Shown here one piece after another: positions 18,634 through 27,938 of a stretch of 45,029 nucleotides of DNA (the stretch's first letter is position 1; each line of letters starts with the position of its first letter). A model generated the notes under the pieces. The model was not told where the DNA came from and searched no databases. It was given only the letters and a program-made list of their open reading frames with translations. The translations under genes and the position numbers were made by a program. Origin of the DNA: Acutalibacteraceae bacterium (GTDB lineage Bacteria; Bacillota; Clostridia; Lachnospirales; Lachnospiraceae); contig CAVBQH010000031.1 in NCBI GenBank assembly GCA_963597485.1, positions 1 to 45,029 of the forward strand, in the 5' to 3' direction.

Positions 18634-19482
18634 TCAATTCGTAGCTTCCTCAAACTCAGCATACAGATGGCTGCGAATATCCTCCAGCATTTCCGGAGCT
18701 TTTCCACCAACCGGCTGACCGTCCAATGTGTTGCAGTGCAGGCACAGCTTGCTGGAGCTGGTTACCAGAATTTCATCTGCATTCCGAAGAGTATCCAGAT
18801 CATACGGCGTCTCACTTACCGCATAGCCCAGCTGCTTGCACATCCGAATCAGATGCGCGCGGGCGATACCGGGAAGGATCAGCTCATCGGTAGGTGCCGT
18901 AAAGAGCTTGCCGTCCTTAATGATGTGGACGTTGCTGTGTGCACACTCTGTAACACGATTGTCCATATTCTTACGATAGAGAATGGTCTCAACGCAATCT
19001 GCTTCCTTTGCCTTCTCTGCTGCAACGCAGGAGGGAATCAGGTTCAATGTCTTGATATTGCAATGATAGAATCTCGTATCCGGTGCTGTGATACAGGAAA
19101 TCGGTGCAATGCCGTCGCCGATTTCTGCCGGTGTCAGCATAACCCACAGATTGCCGGCTCCCTCCGGGAAGATATGATTGCGCAGCACCTGACTTCCCCT
19201 GGTTACCTGATAATAAACAAACAGATTTCCCGTGTCCATTTTCTTTACCAGGTCATTCAAAAGATCCTTCATCTCCTGCTTGGTTACCGGCATTTTAATA
19301 TCCAGCAGAGCTGCACTGTTGAAGAAGCGATCCACATGCTCATCGATTGCAAAAATATGATAATTGCGGCAAGGGCCTGCATCATACACGCCATCACCAA
19401 ACCAGTGCACGCGATCACTCATCGGGATCGACATGTTCTCGATCTCATCATACTTGCCGTTGTAGTAACCTAATGTTTTCAT
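18634..19482 (-). CDS. dat: D-amino acid aminotransferase (class IV PLP)
   Basis: DR..WFGDGVY, QVTRG, RNH (D-AAT R-x-H), IKTLNL, ILPGIAR; ATG 19482 after GAGGAG. Confidence 0.8.
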   Translation of the reverse strand: MKTLGYYNGKYDEIENMSIPMSDRVHWFGDGVYDAGPCRNYHIFAIDEHVDRFFNSAALLDIKMPVTKQEMKDLLNDLVKKMDTGNLFVYYQVTRGSQVLRNHIFPEGAGNLWVMLTPAEIGDGIAPISCITAPDTRFYHCNIKTLNLIPSCVAAEKAKEADCVETILYRKNMDNRVTECAHSNVHIIKDGKLFTAPTDELILPGIARAHLIRMCKQLGYAVSETPYDLDTLRNADEILVTSSSKLCLHCNTLDGQPVGGKAPEMLEDIRSHLYAEFEEATN

Positions 19483-19592
19483 ATTCTCTCTCCTCTGCGA
19501 CAGTCTGACTTGTTGTTCTACAGAACCATTCCGTAGATATCCACATTCAACCAGCCATTTTTGCATCTGTGCGCTGCCCGCGCCCTGATATC

Positions 19593-19626
19593 AAAAAATG
19601 CCGGATGGGGGCCACCCATCCGGCAT
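19593..19626 (-). terminator. Intrinsic terminator between pxpC and dat
   Basis: 12-bp stem ATGCCGGATGGG/CCCATCCGGCAT followed by a T run. Confidence 0.8.
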
Positions 19627-19649
19627 CCTTGCCGCTCACAATCACTCTC

Positions 19650-19677
19650 ATTATAGTTCCGGCTTTTTCCTTGTCAA
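19650..19677 (-). promoter_or_regulatory. Consensus sigma-A promoter overlapping the pxpC stop
   Basis: TTGACA-16-TATAAT. Confidence 0.7.
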
Positions 19678-20708
19678 CACCCATGCCGATAATAATAATT
19701 GTATTTCTGGAAGCGGTGCCGTCTTCCTTCCTTTCCGCCTTCTGCTCTTGAACGGAATACGAGCTCCGCGCTGCGCTCCTGCTCTTGCGGATTCTGCAGC
19801 AGGAATTGTGCCTTCTCTACACTTATTTTTTCAAAATGAACGCTGTCACCCGGCTTCAGCTGGGCCAGCTTGGGCAGATCAAACGAGCAAACCGTTCCAA
19901 GCTTTGCATATCCCCCGATTGTCTGATGGTCAGCCATCATTACGATCGGCTTTCCGTTCTTGGGAATCTGAATGGATCCAAAGGCAATTCCATCCGACAC
20001 AATGTCCACGCCATGGAGACTTTCTACGCTTTCTCCCTCCAGCCGCATTCCCATGCGGTCGCTTTCTCCGGACACCTTATATTCACTCGCATAGAAACGG
20101 CTCTTTGCCTCTTCCGAAAACCAATCTGCCTGCGGTCCTTCTACAACGCGCACGGTCGGTGCAGTATCAAATTTAACCAGTCGTGGCAGCGCGCTGATCT
20201 TTTTTTGCAAGACTGCAAACTCTGCATCGTCGGCATAATCCGCACCGGAATTCAGCTCATCTCCGGCCTTTAACGGACGACCGTCCAAGCCTCCAAGACT
20301 GCACTTCACATCGGTTGACCGGCTTCCCATTACCAGCGGAACATCAATTCCTCCCGATACAGCAAGGTAGCCTCTGCAGCCGGTTTTGGCCATTCCCATA
20401 GTGAGGCGCTTTTTGCCTTTGACAGAAACTGCCTGATACCGCTCCACCGGGATTCCATCCACGCATGCTCCCATCTCCGCACCGGTAAAAGCAACCGTCC
20501 CTTCGCCCTCCAGGACAGCAGTTATTCCCATCAACGTCATTTCCAGTACAGCTGCGGATTCCTTATTGCCGACCAGCGCATTTGCCAGTCTGCAGCTTTG
20601 TTTATCCATGACTCCGCCTGTCCGAACGCCATATTCCATGTATCCGGCTCTTCCCTGGTCCTGCACCGTAGTCAGTATCCCCGGCATTTCTATTTGTATT
20701 CTCAGCAT
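19674..20708 (-). CDS. pxpC: 5-oxoprolinase subunit C (KipA/AHS2 family)
   Basis: TTVQDQGR, ANALVGN, GSRSTD, DRMGMRL, GSIQIP, DHQTIGGY. Confidence 0.9.
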   Translation of the reverse strand: MLRIQIEMPGILTTVQDQGRAGYMEYGVRTGGVMDKQSCRLANALVGNKESAAVLEMTLMGITAVLEGEGTVAFTGAEMGACVDGIPVERYQAVSVKGKKRLTMGMAKTGCRGYLAVSGGIDVPLVMGSRSTDVKCSLGGLDGRPLKAGDELNSGADYADDAEFAVLQKKISALPRLVKFDTAPTVRVVEGPQADWFSEEAKSRFYASEYKVSGESDRMGMRLEGESVESLHGVDIVSDGIAFGSIQIPKNGKPIVMMADHQTIGGYAKLGTVCSFDLPKLAQLKPGDSVHFEKISVEKAQFLLQNPQEQERSAELVFRSRAEGGKEGRRHRFQKYNYYYRHGC

Positions 20709-20721
20709 ATCTCACCTCATC

Positions 20722-21447
20722 TTATTTCGTTTTCTTCTCGATTTCCGGTTCCCAGTTTCCTGCCTTGATCTTATTCTCAATGGACTGGTATTCCTCCTTT
20801 GAAATCGGTTGGAAGCGAATATACTCTCCGGCATTGCAGAGGATCGGCTTTGCCGCCTTCGGATCATAGAATTTAACCGGCGTTGTTCCTATCAGTCTCC
20901 AGCCTCCCGGTGAAGCAATCGGATAAACCCCCGTCTGTTTGCCCCCGATTCCAACGCTGCCCGCAGGGATAGCCACGCGAGGCGATTCCAGACGCGGTGC
21001 TGCAATTCTCTCATCCATGCCGCCCAGATATACAAATCCAGGCAAAAATCCCAGCATATAAATCTTATAGTCTGTACCTGCGTGAATATTGATGATTTCC
21101 TTCTGGGAAAGACCGGTCAGTTCTTCCAGTCCCTTCAGATCTTCTCCATACTCCCCTCCATAGCAGCAGGGAATAATGCGAACAATCCTGGTTCCGCCGC
21201 TGCTTGCCTTTTTTTCACTTAGGGCCTGTATTTCCTTCACCTTTTCCGAAAGCTCTGAATAGGAAATCCGATTCGGATCATAGCAAACCATCAAAGCCCG
21301 ATAGGACGGCAGCATCTCCTCAACACCTGGAATAGCACTTCCCTCCAGCATTGCCTTCAGCCGCATCACCTGATCATTCACTGCTTCCTCAATGACATTT
21401 CCAAAATCCACCGATATTGCCATGTCACCAACTGGATATATTTTCAT
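20722..21447 (-). CDS. pxpB: 5-oxoprolinase subunit B (KipI/AHS1 family)
   Basis: GFLPGFVYL, PAGSVGIGG.QTGVYP..SPGGW. Confidence 0.92.
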   Translation of the reverse strand: MKIYPVGDMAISVDFGNVIEEAVNDQVMRLKAMLEGSAIPGVEEMLPSYRALMVCYDPNRISYSELSEKVKEIQALSEKKASSGGTRIVRIIPCCYGGEYGEDLKGLEELTGLSQKEIINIHAGTDYKIYMLGFLPGFVYLGGMDERIAAPRLESPRVAIPAGSVGIGGKQTGVYPIASPGGWRLIGTTPVKFYDPKAAKPILCNAGEYIRFQPISKEEYQSIENKIKAGNWEPEIEKKTK

Positions 21448-21479
21448 GGTATCCTCCTGCTTTACGAGTGCATATTTCC

Positions 21480-22385
21480 TTACTGTTCCTGTTTGTTCAT
21501 GCTTCCAAAGCAGATTTTACCCTGCAGCCATATGCATCCGCGAAACCTTCTTCCAATCTCCGGCTGTCCGAAAAGATCATCCTGATGTATCAAAACATCA
21601 AGCTCCAGTCCATTACAGTCAACCCGAAGCAAGGTCATTTCTTCCATAGTCAGACAGTTGACCCGTTTTTCTGTCTTTTTTATTTCACCAAGGATGGAAT
21701 ATAGTTCACACTCCGCTCCATACGGCATAAGGTAAGAGTCCACTATGCTGTAAATGTCATCCTGCCGTATATGCTCCATTAGCCCGGCATATTGATCCAT
21801 TTCCAGCGCTGTCAGCTCACGGCTTGCATCCTCATCTCCGCGCTTAGCCCTCCGAAGCCGAACCATCCGTTCTTCATTTTCTTCCTGCAGCAGCTGTATC
21901 TGTTCGTCCGTTTTATATACCGGCATAAGAACGGTTCCTTCTGCAGCCAATGCTGTCAGAATAACACTGGTATTTTCCATTGGAGCAAAGCTTGTATGCC
22001 TGCACTTTAGATACTCCACCGTGTTGCGGAGCCGAAAGATCAAGGTTACTCCTACTCGCAAATCCTCGCAGATTCCCGCGTAAGAATCATTATCAATCCG
22101 AGGCTCTACTGAAATCTCCTCTGTACTGCTTACCTGATTTGTGTTCAGAAACGGATAGTAATAATCCGGATAAAACTGATCATCCTCATCAAACTGTCCA
22201 CAGACGCAAATTCCAAAATCGTCGCCGAAGTTTATTTCAAATTGTGCGAGAACGGTATTCTCATCTTCATCATCCGTTGTATATGCTCTGTATTTGCAAT
22301 CCTTGATACCGGCTTCAATCAACGCCTGGAATTCTTTTCGTTTCAGCGGCTTGGAAAAGCCTATGGCACGCATAAATTTATTCAA
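21480..22385 (-). CDS. DUF3881 family protein
   Basis: MRAIGFS start, PYGAECELYSILGEI, GRRFRG.IWLQG; usual position downstream of serS in Lachnospiraceae. Confidence 0.75.
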   Translation of the reverse strand: MNKFMRAIGFSKPLKRKEFQALIEAGIKDCKYRAYTTDDEDENTVLAQFEINFGDDFGICVCGQFDEDDQFYPDYYYPFLNTNQVSSTEEISVEPRIDNDSYAGICEDLRVGVTLIFRLRNTVEYLKCRHTSFAPMENTSVILTALAAEGTVLMPVYKTDEQIQLLQEENEERMVRLRRAKRGDEDASRELTALEMDQYAGLMEHIRQDDIYSIVDSYLMPYGAECELYSILGEIKKTEKRVNCLTMEEMTLLRVDCNGLELDVLIHQDDLFGQPEIGRRFRGCIWLQGKICFGSMNKQEQ

Positions 22386-22402
22386 TTCATTACCCCATGT
22401 AT

Positions 22403-22440
22403 AAAAAACCTCACCAAAGACTTGTTTCTTCGGTGAGGTT
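22403..22440 (-). terminator. serS terminator
   Basis: AACCTCACCGAAGA...TCTTTGGTGAGGTT then a T run. Confidence 0.75.
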
Positions 22441-22441
22441 C

Positions 22442-22470
22442 ATTCTATACGCTCGTACTTTCCCTGTCAA
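22442..22470 (-). promoter_or_regulatory. Sigma-A promoter for DUF3881 (and possibly pxpBC)
   Basis: TTGACA-17-TAGAAT. Confidence 0.65.
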
Positions 22471-22497
22471 AATGGATTCTATACGATTTACTTTTGC

Positions 22498-23787
22498 TTA
22501 ATCATGCAAAGGTGTTAATACTGTCTTGCCACCCATATACATCTGAAGCGGCTTCGGAATTGAAATCGATCCATCCGCATGCAGATTGTTTTCAAGAAGA
22601 GCAATCAGCATACGAGGAGTTGCTACGCACGTATTGTTCAATGTATGTGCCAGATACAGCTTTCCATCGGCTCCCTTTACGCGAATCCGAAGTCTTCTTG
22701 CCTGTGCATCTCCAAGATTTGAACAGGATCCTACTTCAAAATATTTTTTCTGCCGAGGGGACCATGCTTCCACATCACAGGATTTAACCTTCAAATCTGC
22801 CAGATCACCCGAGCAGCACTCCAGCTGACGCACCGGAACATCAAGGCTTCTGAAGAAATCTACGGTGTTCTTCCAGAGCTTTTCATACCACATCATAGAT
22901 TCTTCCGGCTTGCATACTACAATCATCTCCTGCTTCTCAAACTGATGAATGCGGTAAACACCTCTTTCCTCGATGCCGTGTGCGCCTTTTTCCTTCCGGA
23001 AGCAAGGCGAATAGGATGTCAGTGTCTTCGGAAGCGTCTCTTCCGGAAGAATCTGATCGATAAAGGATCCGATCATGGAGTGCTCTGATGTTCCGATCAG
23101 ATACAGATCCTCTCCCTCGATTTTGTACATCATTGCATCCATCTCGGCGAAGCTCATAACTCCGTCCACCACTGCAGAGCGAATCATGAAAGGTGGCACA
23201 TAATAGGTAAATCCGCGATCAATCATGAAATCTCGCGCATAAGACAATACTGCGGAATGAAGTCTCGCAATATCTCCCTTCAGATAGTAGAATCCATTTC
23301 CGGCAACGCGGCCTGCTGCTTCAAAATCAACGCCATCAAAGCGTGCCATGATATCCGTATGATAAGGAATCTCGAATTCCGGAACAACAGGCTCACCAAA
23401 GCGCTGCAACTCTACATTTTCCGAATCATCCTTACCGATCGGAACCGACGGATCAATGATATTCGGTATAATCATCATATCCTTGCGTACAATGTCGGAT
23501 GCGTTCTTCTGGATCTCATCCAGCTCTTTCAGTCGCGTATCATCCGTCATCTCTTCCTTGAGCTTCATTGCCTCTTCTTTTTTGCCCTGAGCCATGAGCG
23601 CACCGATCTGTTTAGATGCTTTTTTGCGGTTTGCACGGATTTCATCAGCTTCCTGCTGTGCTTTTCTGGCCTTTGCATCATTTTCAATAACTTCATCCAC
23701 CAAAGGAAGCTTTTCATCCTGAAATTTTTTACGGATATTTTCTTTTACTACTTCCGGATTCTCTCTTAAAAACTTGATATCAATCAT
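22498..23787 (-). CDS. serS: Seryl-tRNA synthetase
   Basis: LIGTSE, FRKE.G...RGVYRIHQFEKQE, EVGSCSN, HTLN. Confidence 0.96.
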   Translation of the reverse strand: MIDIKFLRENPEVVKENIRKKFQDEKLPLVDEVIENDAKARKAQQEADEIRANRKKASKQIGALMAQGKKEEAMKLKEEMTDDTRLKELDEIQKNASDIVRKDMMIIPNIIDPSVPIGKDDSENVELQRFGEPVVPEFEIPYHTDIMARFDGVDFEAAGRVAGNGFYYLKGDIARLHSAVLSYARDFMIDRGFTYYVPPFMIRSAVVDGVMSFAEMDAMMYKIEGEDLYLIGTSEHSMIGSFIDQILPEETLPKTLTSYSPCFRKEKGAHGIEERGVYRIHQFEKQEMIVVCKPEESMMWYEKLWKNTVDFFRSLDVPVRQLECCSGDLADLKVKSCDVEAWSPRQKKYFEVGSCSNLGDAQARRLRIRVKGADGKLYLAHTLNNTCVATPRMLIALLENNLHADGSISIPKPLQMYMGGKTVLTPLHD

Positions 23788-23854
23788 TTTTTCTCCTTTT
23801 CCGCTCTTGCGGTTTCATCTATTGCAGCTGCTTCGAAGTGCAGCCACTCTCAAA

Positions 23855-23870
23855 TGTTTCACGTGGAACA
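23855..23870. other. parS site
   Basis: TGTTTCACGTGGAACA. Confidence 0.9.
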
Positions 23871-23898
23871 CTTCTGCGATTCATGATCACACTATGTG

Positions 23899-24417
23899 TT
23901 ATTTTTGACGTTTTCTCGGCCCCGCACTTCTTTGATCCAGTGCCATATCCACGGCCTGCTGTTCCTCCTCGGTATACGCAACATCACTCTTTCCGTTGTG
24001 AACAGCCTTCACATAAGAATAGCAGCCATCTACATTTTGCACGGTATTTAACATAATTCCATTGTTATCCTGATCCAGCAAGACGATGACAGAGCTCAGA
24101 TTTCCACCCATCTGACTGAAAGCATCGTATTTTACAACTCCTGTTTTCTGTATAACGCCATGAAGTCTGCGGTATATATCACGTATATCGCCCGTATTGC
24201 TTTCAAGCTGCTTATTGATTCCTTCGTAATTATCCAGAATCTTTACCAGCATTTCTTCCAGACTCTCGCCATCAGACCCTGCAGATAAATTGTAAAGCCG
24301 ATCGTCAAGCTTTCTTAGCTTCATTCCCTGCAAAATAACAAATACCATCAGTACAATAACAGCAAGGATTAAAACAATAACAATAATATCAATTGCTGAT
24401 CCAAATATTATACTCAT
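23899..24417 (-). CDS. DUF4446 family membrane-anchored protein
   Basis: N-terminal TM helix, VKYDAF..MGGNLS, YSYVK, EEE; conserved position after parB. Confidence 0.75.
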   Translation of the reverse strand: MSIIFGSAIDIIVIVLILAVIVLMVFVILQGMKLRKLDDRLYNLSAGSDGESLEEMLVKILDNYEGINKQLESNTGDIRDIYRRLHGVIQKTGVVKYDAFSQMGGNLSSVIVLLDQDNNGIMLNTVQNVDGCYSYVKAVHNGKSDVAYTEEEQQAVDMALDQRSAGPRKRQK

Positions 24418-24427
24418 ATCCGCCTTT

Positions 24428-25417
24428 CTACATTATTTTATCCATTATTTTTTCAAGATCCTCCTGATTTTCAAAGGAAATTTCTATACTCCCCCGCTTT
24501 TTCCCTTTATCCTTGATTGAAACCTTCATTCCAAGTGCAGCGTTCATTTTTGATGCAAGATCTTTATATATCAACTGAAGAGACGGATCTTTTTCTTCCT
24601 TCTTCTCCGCTTTTTTTCTGCCAAGAAGCTGTATGGCTCGTTCTGTTTCACGGACACTCAGCTTCTTTTCAACAATTTCCTGTGCAAGAGCAACCTGTAT
24701 TTCTTCATCCTCAACAGCAAGCAATGCCCGCGCATGACCCATGGAGAGCAGTCCCTCAATGACCATCTCCTGTACTTTGGATGGAAGCTTTAAAAGCCGC
24801 ATGGAGTTTGCAATGGATGAACGATTCTTCGAAACACGCTCTGCAAGCTCGTCCTGTTTCAGGTGAAATTCATCAATCAGTCTTCTGTATGCATTTGCCT
24901 CTTCAATTGGATTCAGATTTTCTCTCTGTATATTTTCAATCAGAGATATTTCAACCCGTTCTCCATCATCATAATCCTTAATAATTACCGGAATTTCCTT
25001 CAGACCAGCCAGCTTACATGCTCTCCATCTTCTTTCTCCGGCAATAATTTCATAGTGATCCACAAAATCCTGCACAATAATCGGTTCAAGAAGACCTTTA
25101 TTCTTGATTGAATCCGAAAGCTCCTGGAGTTTTTCCGGATCAAAGGATTTTCTTGGCTGATTGCGATTTGGTTCTACCTTCGTTAAGCGAGCCATTGTAA
25201 CCAGATTCTCTTCCTGTTTATCTTCTTTGGTTACAGATGAATCATTTGAATTATTACCGGAACTTACAGAAGCTTTCTTTTTATTGTCATTTGACATTTT
25301 CTGTTCGTTTGTTAGTCCGTCACCGGATGATTCATCATTTTGATTGTCCTGTTCCGGCTCCTCGCTTACAGGGATCAATACATCCAACCCTCTCCCCAAA
25401 CCTCTGTGTTTCTTCAT
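24428..25417 (-). CDS. parB: Chromosome partitioning protein ParB/Spo0J
   Basis: GLGRGL, QPRK, IAGERRWRA, ENIQRENLNPIEEA, GHARAL. Confidence 0.95.
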   Translation of the reverse strand: MKKHRGLGRGLDVLIPVSEEPEQDNQNDESSGDGLTNEQKMSNDNKKKASVSSGNNSNDSSVTKEDKQEENLVTMARLTKVEPNRNQPRKSFDPEKLQELSDSIKNKGLLEPIIVQDFVDHYEIIAGERRWRACKLAGLKEIPVIIKDYDDGERVEISLIENIQRENLNPIEEANAYRRLIDEFHLKQDELAERVSKNRSSIANSMRLLKLPSKVQEMVIEGLLSMGHARALLAVEDEEIQVALAQEIVEKKLSVRETERAIQLLGRKKAEKKEEKDPSLQLIYKDLASKMNAALGMKVSIKDKGKKRGSIEISFENQEDLEKIMDKIM

Positions 25418-25447
25418 ATTGTATTAACCTTTCTTTATAGGCAACGA

Positions 25448-26209
25448 TCAATGTCCTTCCAGAACTTCTTCTGCAAGAGCGCGATATGCCTCAGCTCCAA
25501 CTGACCTCGGATCATATATGGTTATAGGCTCTCCATAGCTCGGAGCCTCTGCCAGACGCACATTGCGCGGAATCATTGTTTTATAGATATGCTGCGTTAC
25601 GTGTTCTTTGACGTTTTCAACCACCTGCTGTGATAGATTTGTTCTGGAATCGTACATTGTAAATACAATGCCCTCTATATCGAGTTTTTTGTTTAAACGT
25701 TCTCGAACCAGATTTACTGTATGAATAAGCTGACTTAATCCCTCTAACGCATAGAATTCACATTGAATGGGAACGAGAACGGTATCAGAGGCAACCATTG
25801 CATTTACTGTCAGTATGTTTAGAGAAGGCGGACAATCAATCAGGATAAAATCGTAATCATCCCTCACAAAATCCAATTCTTTTTTCAGAATTCCTTCTTT
25901 ATGAATTTTATCAATCAGTTCAATTTCTGCACCGGCAAGATTAACGTTAGATGGAATTAGATCAATATTAGGAATTACATCACGTATGATTGCCTCATTG
26001 ATTGTTGAATAGCCGAGAATCAATTCATATACAGTGTCTTCCTTTTGATTTTTATCCACACCAAAACCGCTGGACGTATTCCCCTGCGGATCAATGTCAA
26101 TAATAAGAACCTTTTTCCCTTTTTCTGCGATTGCAGCTGACAGATTAATGGTTGTTGTAGTCTTTCCTACCCCACCCTTCTGATTTGCTACGGAAATAAT
26201 TTTCCCCAT
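25448..26209 (-). CDS. parA: ParA/Soj ATPase
   Basis: NQKGGVGKTT, DIDPQGN, DCPPS, IPRNVRLAEAPSYG. Confidence 0.95.
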   Translation of the reverse strand: MGKIISVANQKGGVGKTTTTINLSAAIAEKGKKVLIIDIDPQGNTSSGFGVDKNQKEDTVYELILGYSTINEAIIRDVIPNIDLIPSNVNLAGAEIELIDKIHKEGILKKELDFVRDDYDFILIDCPPSLNILTVNAMVASDTVLVPIQCEFYALEGLSQLIHTVNLVRERLNKKLDIEGIVFTMYDSRTNLSQQVVENVKEHVTQHIYKTMIPRNVRLAEAPSYGEPITIYDPRSVGAEAYRALAEEVLEGH

Positions 26210-26280
26210 TCCATTCAATCCTTCCGTATAAATAATTCGCCTGTGGTGTCTACTATTTTTTCTCCACAGGCAGTAGACTC

Positions 26281-26309
26281 ATAGTAACATTTTAAGATAT
26301 CGGGGTCAA
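26281..26309 (-). promoter_or_regulatory. Promoter of parAB
   Basis: TTGACC-17-TACTAT with TGn extension. Confidence 0.55.
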
Positions 26310-26370
26310 AATATCTTTTGTTGTAATACAGGTTACCTTTTGCTCATGTGGTGTTCTCTCCAAATAAAAA

Positions 26371-26386
26371 TGTTCCACGTGGAACA
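26371..26386. other. parS site
   Basis: Perfect palindrome TGTTCCACGTGGAACA. Confidence 0.9.
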
Positions 26387-26434
26387 TCTACATGTAATCA
26401 CAATGTCAATTTCTTTATAAAGGGGATTAATTAT

Positions 26435-27781
26435 ATGAGACATTTTAATCAAAGTATAACCAGCGAAGTTTTGCAAATGGCCTGGCCTGCCGTATGTGAA
26501 TCTTTTTTTATTGCATTGGCTGGTATGGTGGATTCTTTAATGGTCAGTTCACTGGGAGCAAGTGCTGTTGCGGCAGTTGGCCTGACAACGCAGCCTAAAT
26601 TTATGGGCTTTGCCATCTTTTTTGCGATGAATGTATCGGTATCTGCATTGGTCGCGCGACGGAGAGGTGAGGATAGGAAAAACTCTGCAAATGAAATTCT
26701 TTTAACCTCTCTTCTATTTGTATTGGTCGCTGCAGCAATAATTTCTACTATTTGTGTGACCTGTGCCAATCAAATCATCTCTTTTTGCGGCTCTACAACT
26801 GAAACACATGCACAGGCTGTAATTTATTATCGAATCATCATGGGGTGTATGATCTTCAGTGCTCTATCCATGGTCATTAATGCCGCTCAACGAGGCTCCG
26901 GTAATACAATGATAGCAATGCGAACCAATATTGTATCTAACCTCGTGAATATAGCATGCAATTATTTGCTGATACAGGGGCACTTCGGATTTCCAGCTCT
27001 TGGAATTGCCGGAGCAGCGATTGCAACTGTTATAGGAACAATCATAGCCTGCATTATGAGCTTCTGCTCGTTGTTCAAGCATAACGGTTTTATAAGTGCA
27101 CATTACCTTATAAGAGAAAAGCTGCGTCCAACAGCTGGGTCCATCATTTCTATTGTTAAATTGGGACTATCTGTATTCATTGAGCAGGTCCTGATGCGTG
27201 TTGGATTTATGTCCACTGCAATGATGGCTGCAAAGATGGGCACGTATGCATTAGCTGCTCATCAGGTAGGCATGAATATTCTGGGTCTTACATTTTCCTT
27301 CGGTGACGGTATGCAGGTAGCTGCTGTTGCATTAATTGGCAGAAGCCTAGGTGAGAAAAGGCCGGATAAAGCCTTGAAATATGGAAGGACCTGTCAGCAT
27401 ATCGGATTATTCATTTCATGCTGTCTTGCACTCATCTATTTCTTTGGAGGTGAGACTCTCTATCGACTTTTCTTTGAAGAAAAAGAAATTGTCGCTATTG
27501 GCGTAGACATCATAAGAACCATTATCATCATTGTTCTTTTCCAGGTTTCTCAGGTTATTTACATGGGTTGTCTTCGTGGAGCAGGGGACACTGTTTATAC
27601 AGCAATTGCTTCTACGATCAGCGTCACCATCGTTCGCACCGCTGCTTCATACTTTTTTGGATTTGTTCTTGGTTTCGGAATGGTTGGAATCTGGATGGGT
27701 GTTCTGGCAGATCAGATGTGCCGCTTTGTATTTGCATCCGTTCGTTATCGTATCGGAAAATGGACGAGGATAAAGATATAG
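26435..27781 (+). CDS. MATE family efflux transporter
   Basis: VDSLMV..LG..AVAAVG, RGSGNT, LGIAGAAIAT, LRGAGDT; about 12 TM segments; ATG 26435 after AAGGGG. Confidence 0.9.
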   Translation: MRHFNQSITSEVLQMAWPAVCESFFIALAGMVDSLMVSSLGASAVAAVGLTTQPKFMGFAIFFAMNVSVSALVARRRGEDRKNSANEILLTSLLFVLVAAAIISTICVTCANQIISFCGSTTETHAQAVIYYRIIMGCMIFSALSMVINAAQRGSGNTMIAMRTNIVSNLVNIACNYLLIQGHFGFPALGIAGAAIATVIGTIIACIMSFCSLFKHNGFISAHYLIREKLRPTAGSIISIVKLGLSVFIEQVLMRVGFMSTAMMAAKMGTYALAAHQVGMNILGLTFSFGDGMQVAAVALIGRSLGEKRPDKALKYGRTCQHIGLFISCCLALIYFFGGETLYRLFFEEKEIVAIGVDIIRTIIIIVLFQVSQVIYMGCLRGAGDTVYTAIASTISVTIVRTAASYFFGFVLGFGMVGIWMGVLADQMCRFVFASVRYRIGKWTRIKI

Positions 27782-27813
27782 CAACTATTCAGGTATTTGT
27801 TACTGTAATAATC

Positions 27814-27938
27814 CTAGTACATCGTTTGCAAAATAACTGGCCTAATAACGCAGAACTTTTTTCTGAGGATTTTTGATACGTGCAATCGGGAAAAAGGGCA
27901 AGTTAGTTAGGCCAGTTATTTAAAAATCGATGTACTAG
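27814..27938. mobile_element. 125-bp MITE-like element
   Basis: 32-bp terminal inverted repeats (28/32), both ends CTAG, no ORF. Confidence 0.7.

Noticed and set aside
19632..19643. ATTGTGAGCGG (minus strand) resembling half of the lac operator
   Set aside because: No second half-site; too short to distinguish from chance.
19674..19780. Odd PxpC C-terminal tail (..RHRFQKYNYYYRHGC)
   Set aside because: Probably a neutral stop-codon drift into the promoter region; nothing supports a function.
23788..23898. Possible T-box upstream of serS
   Set aside because: Spacer is only ~110 nt, has no T-box motif, and is occupied by a parS.
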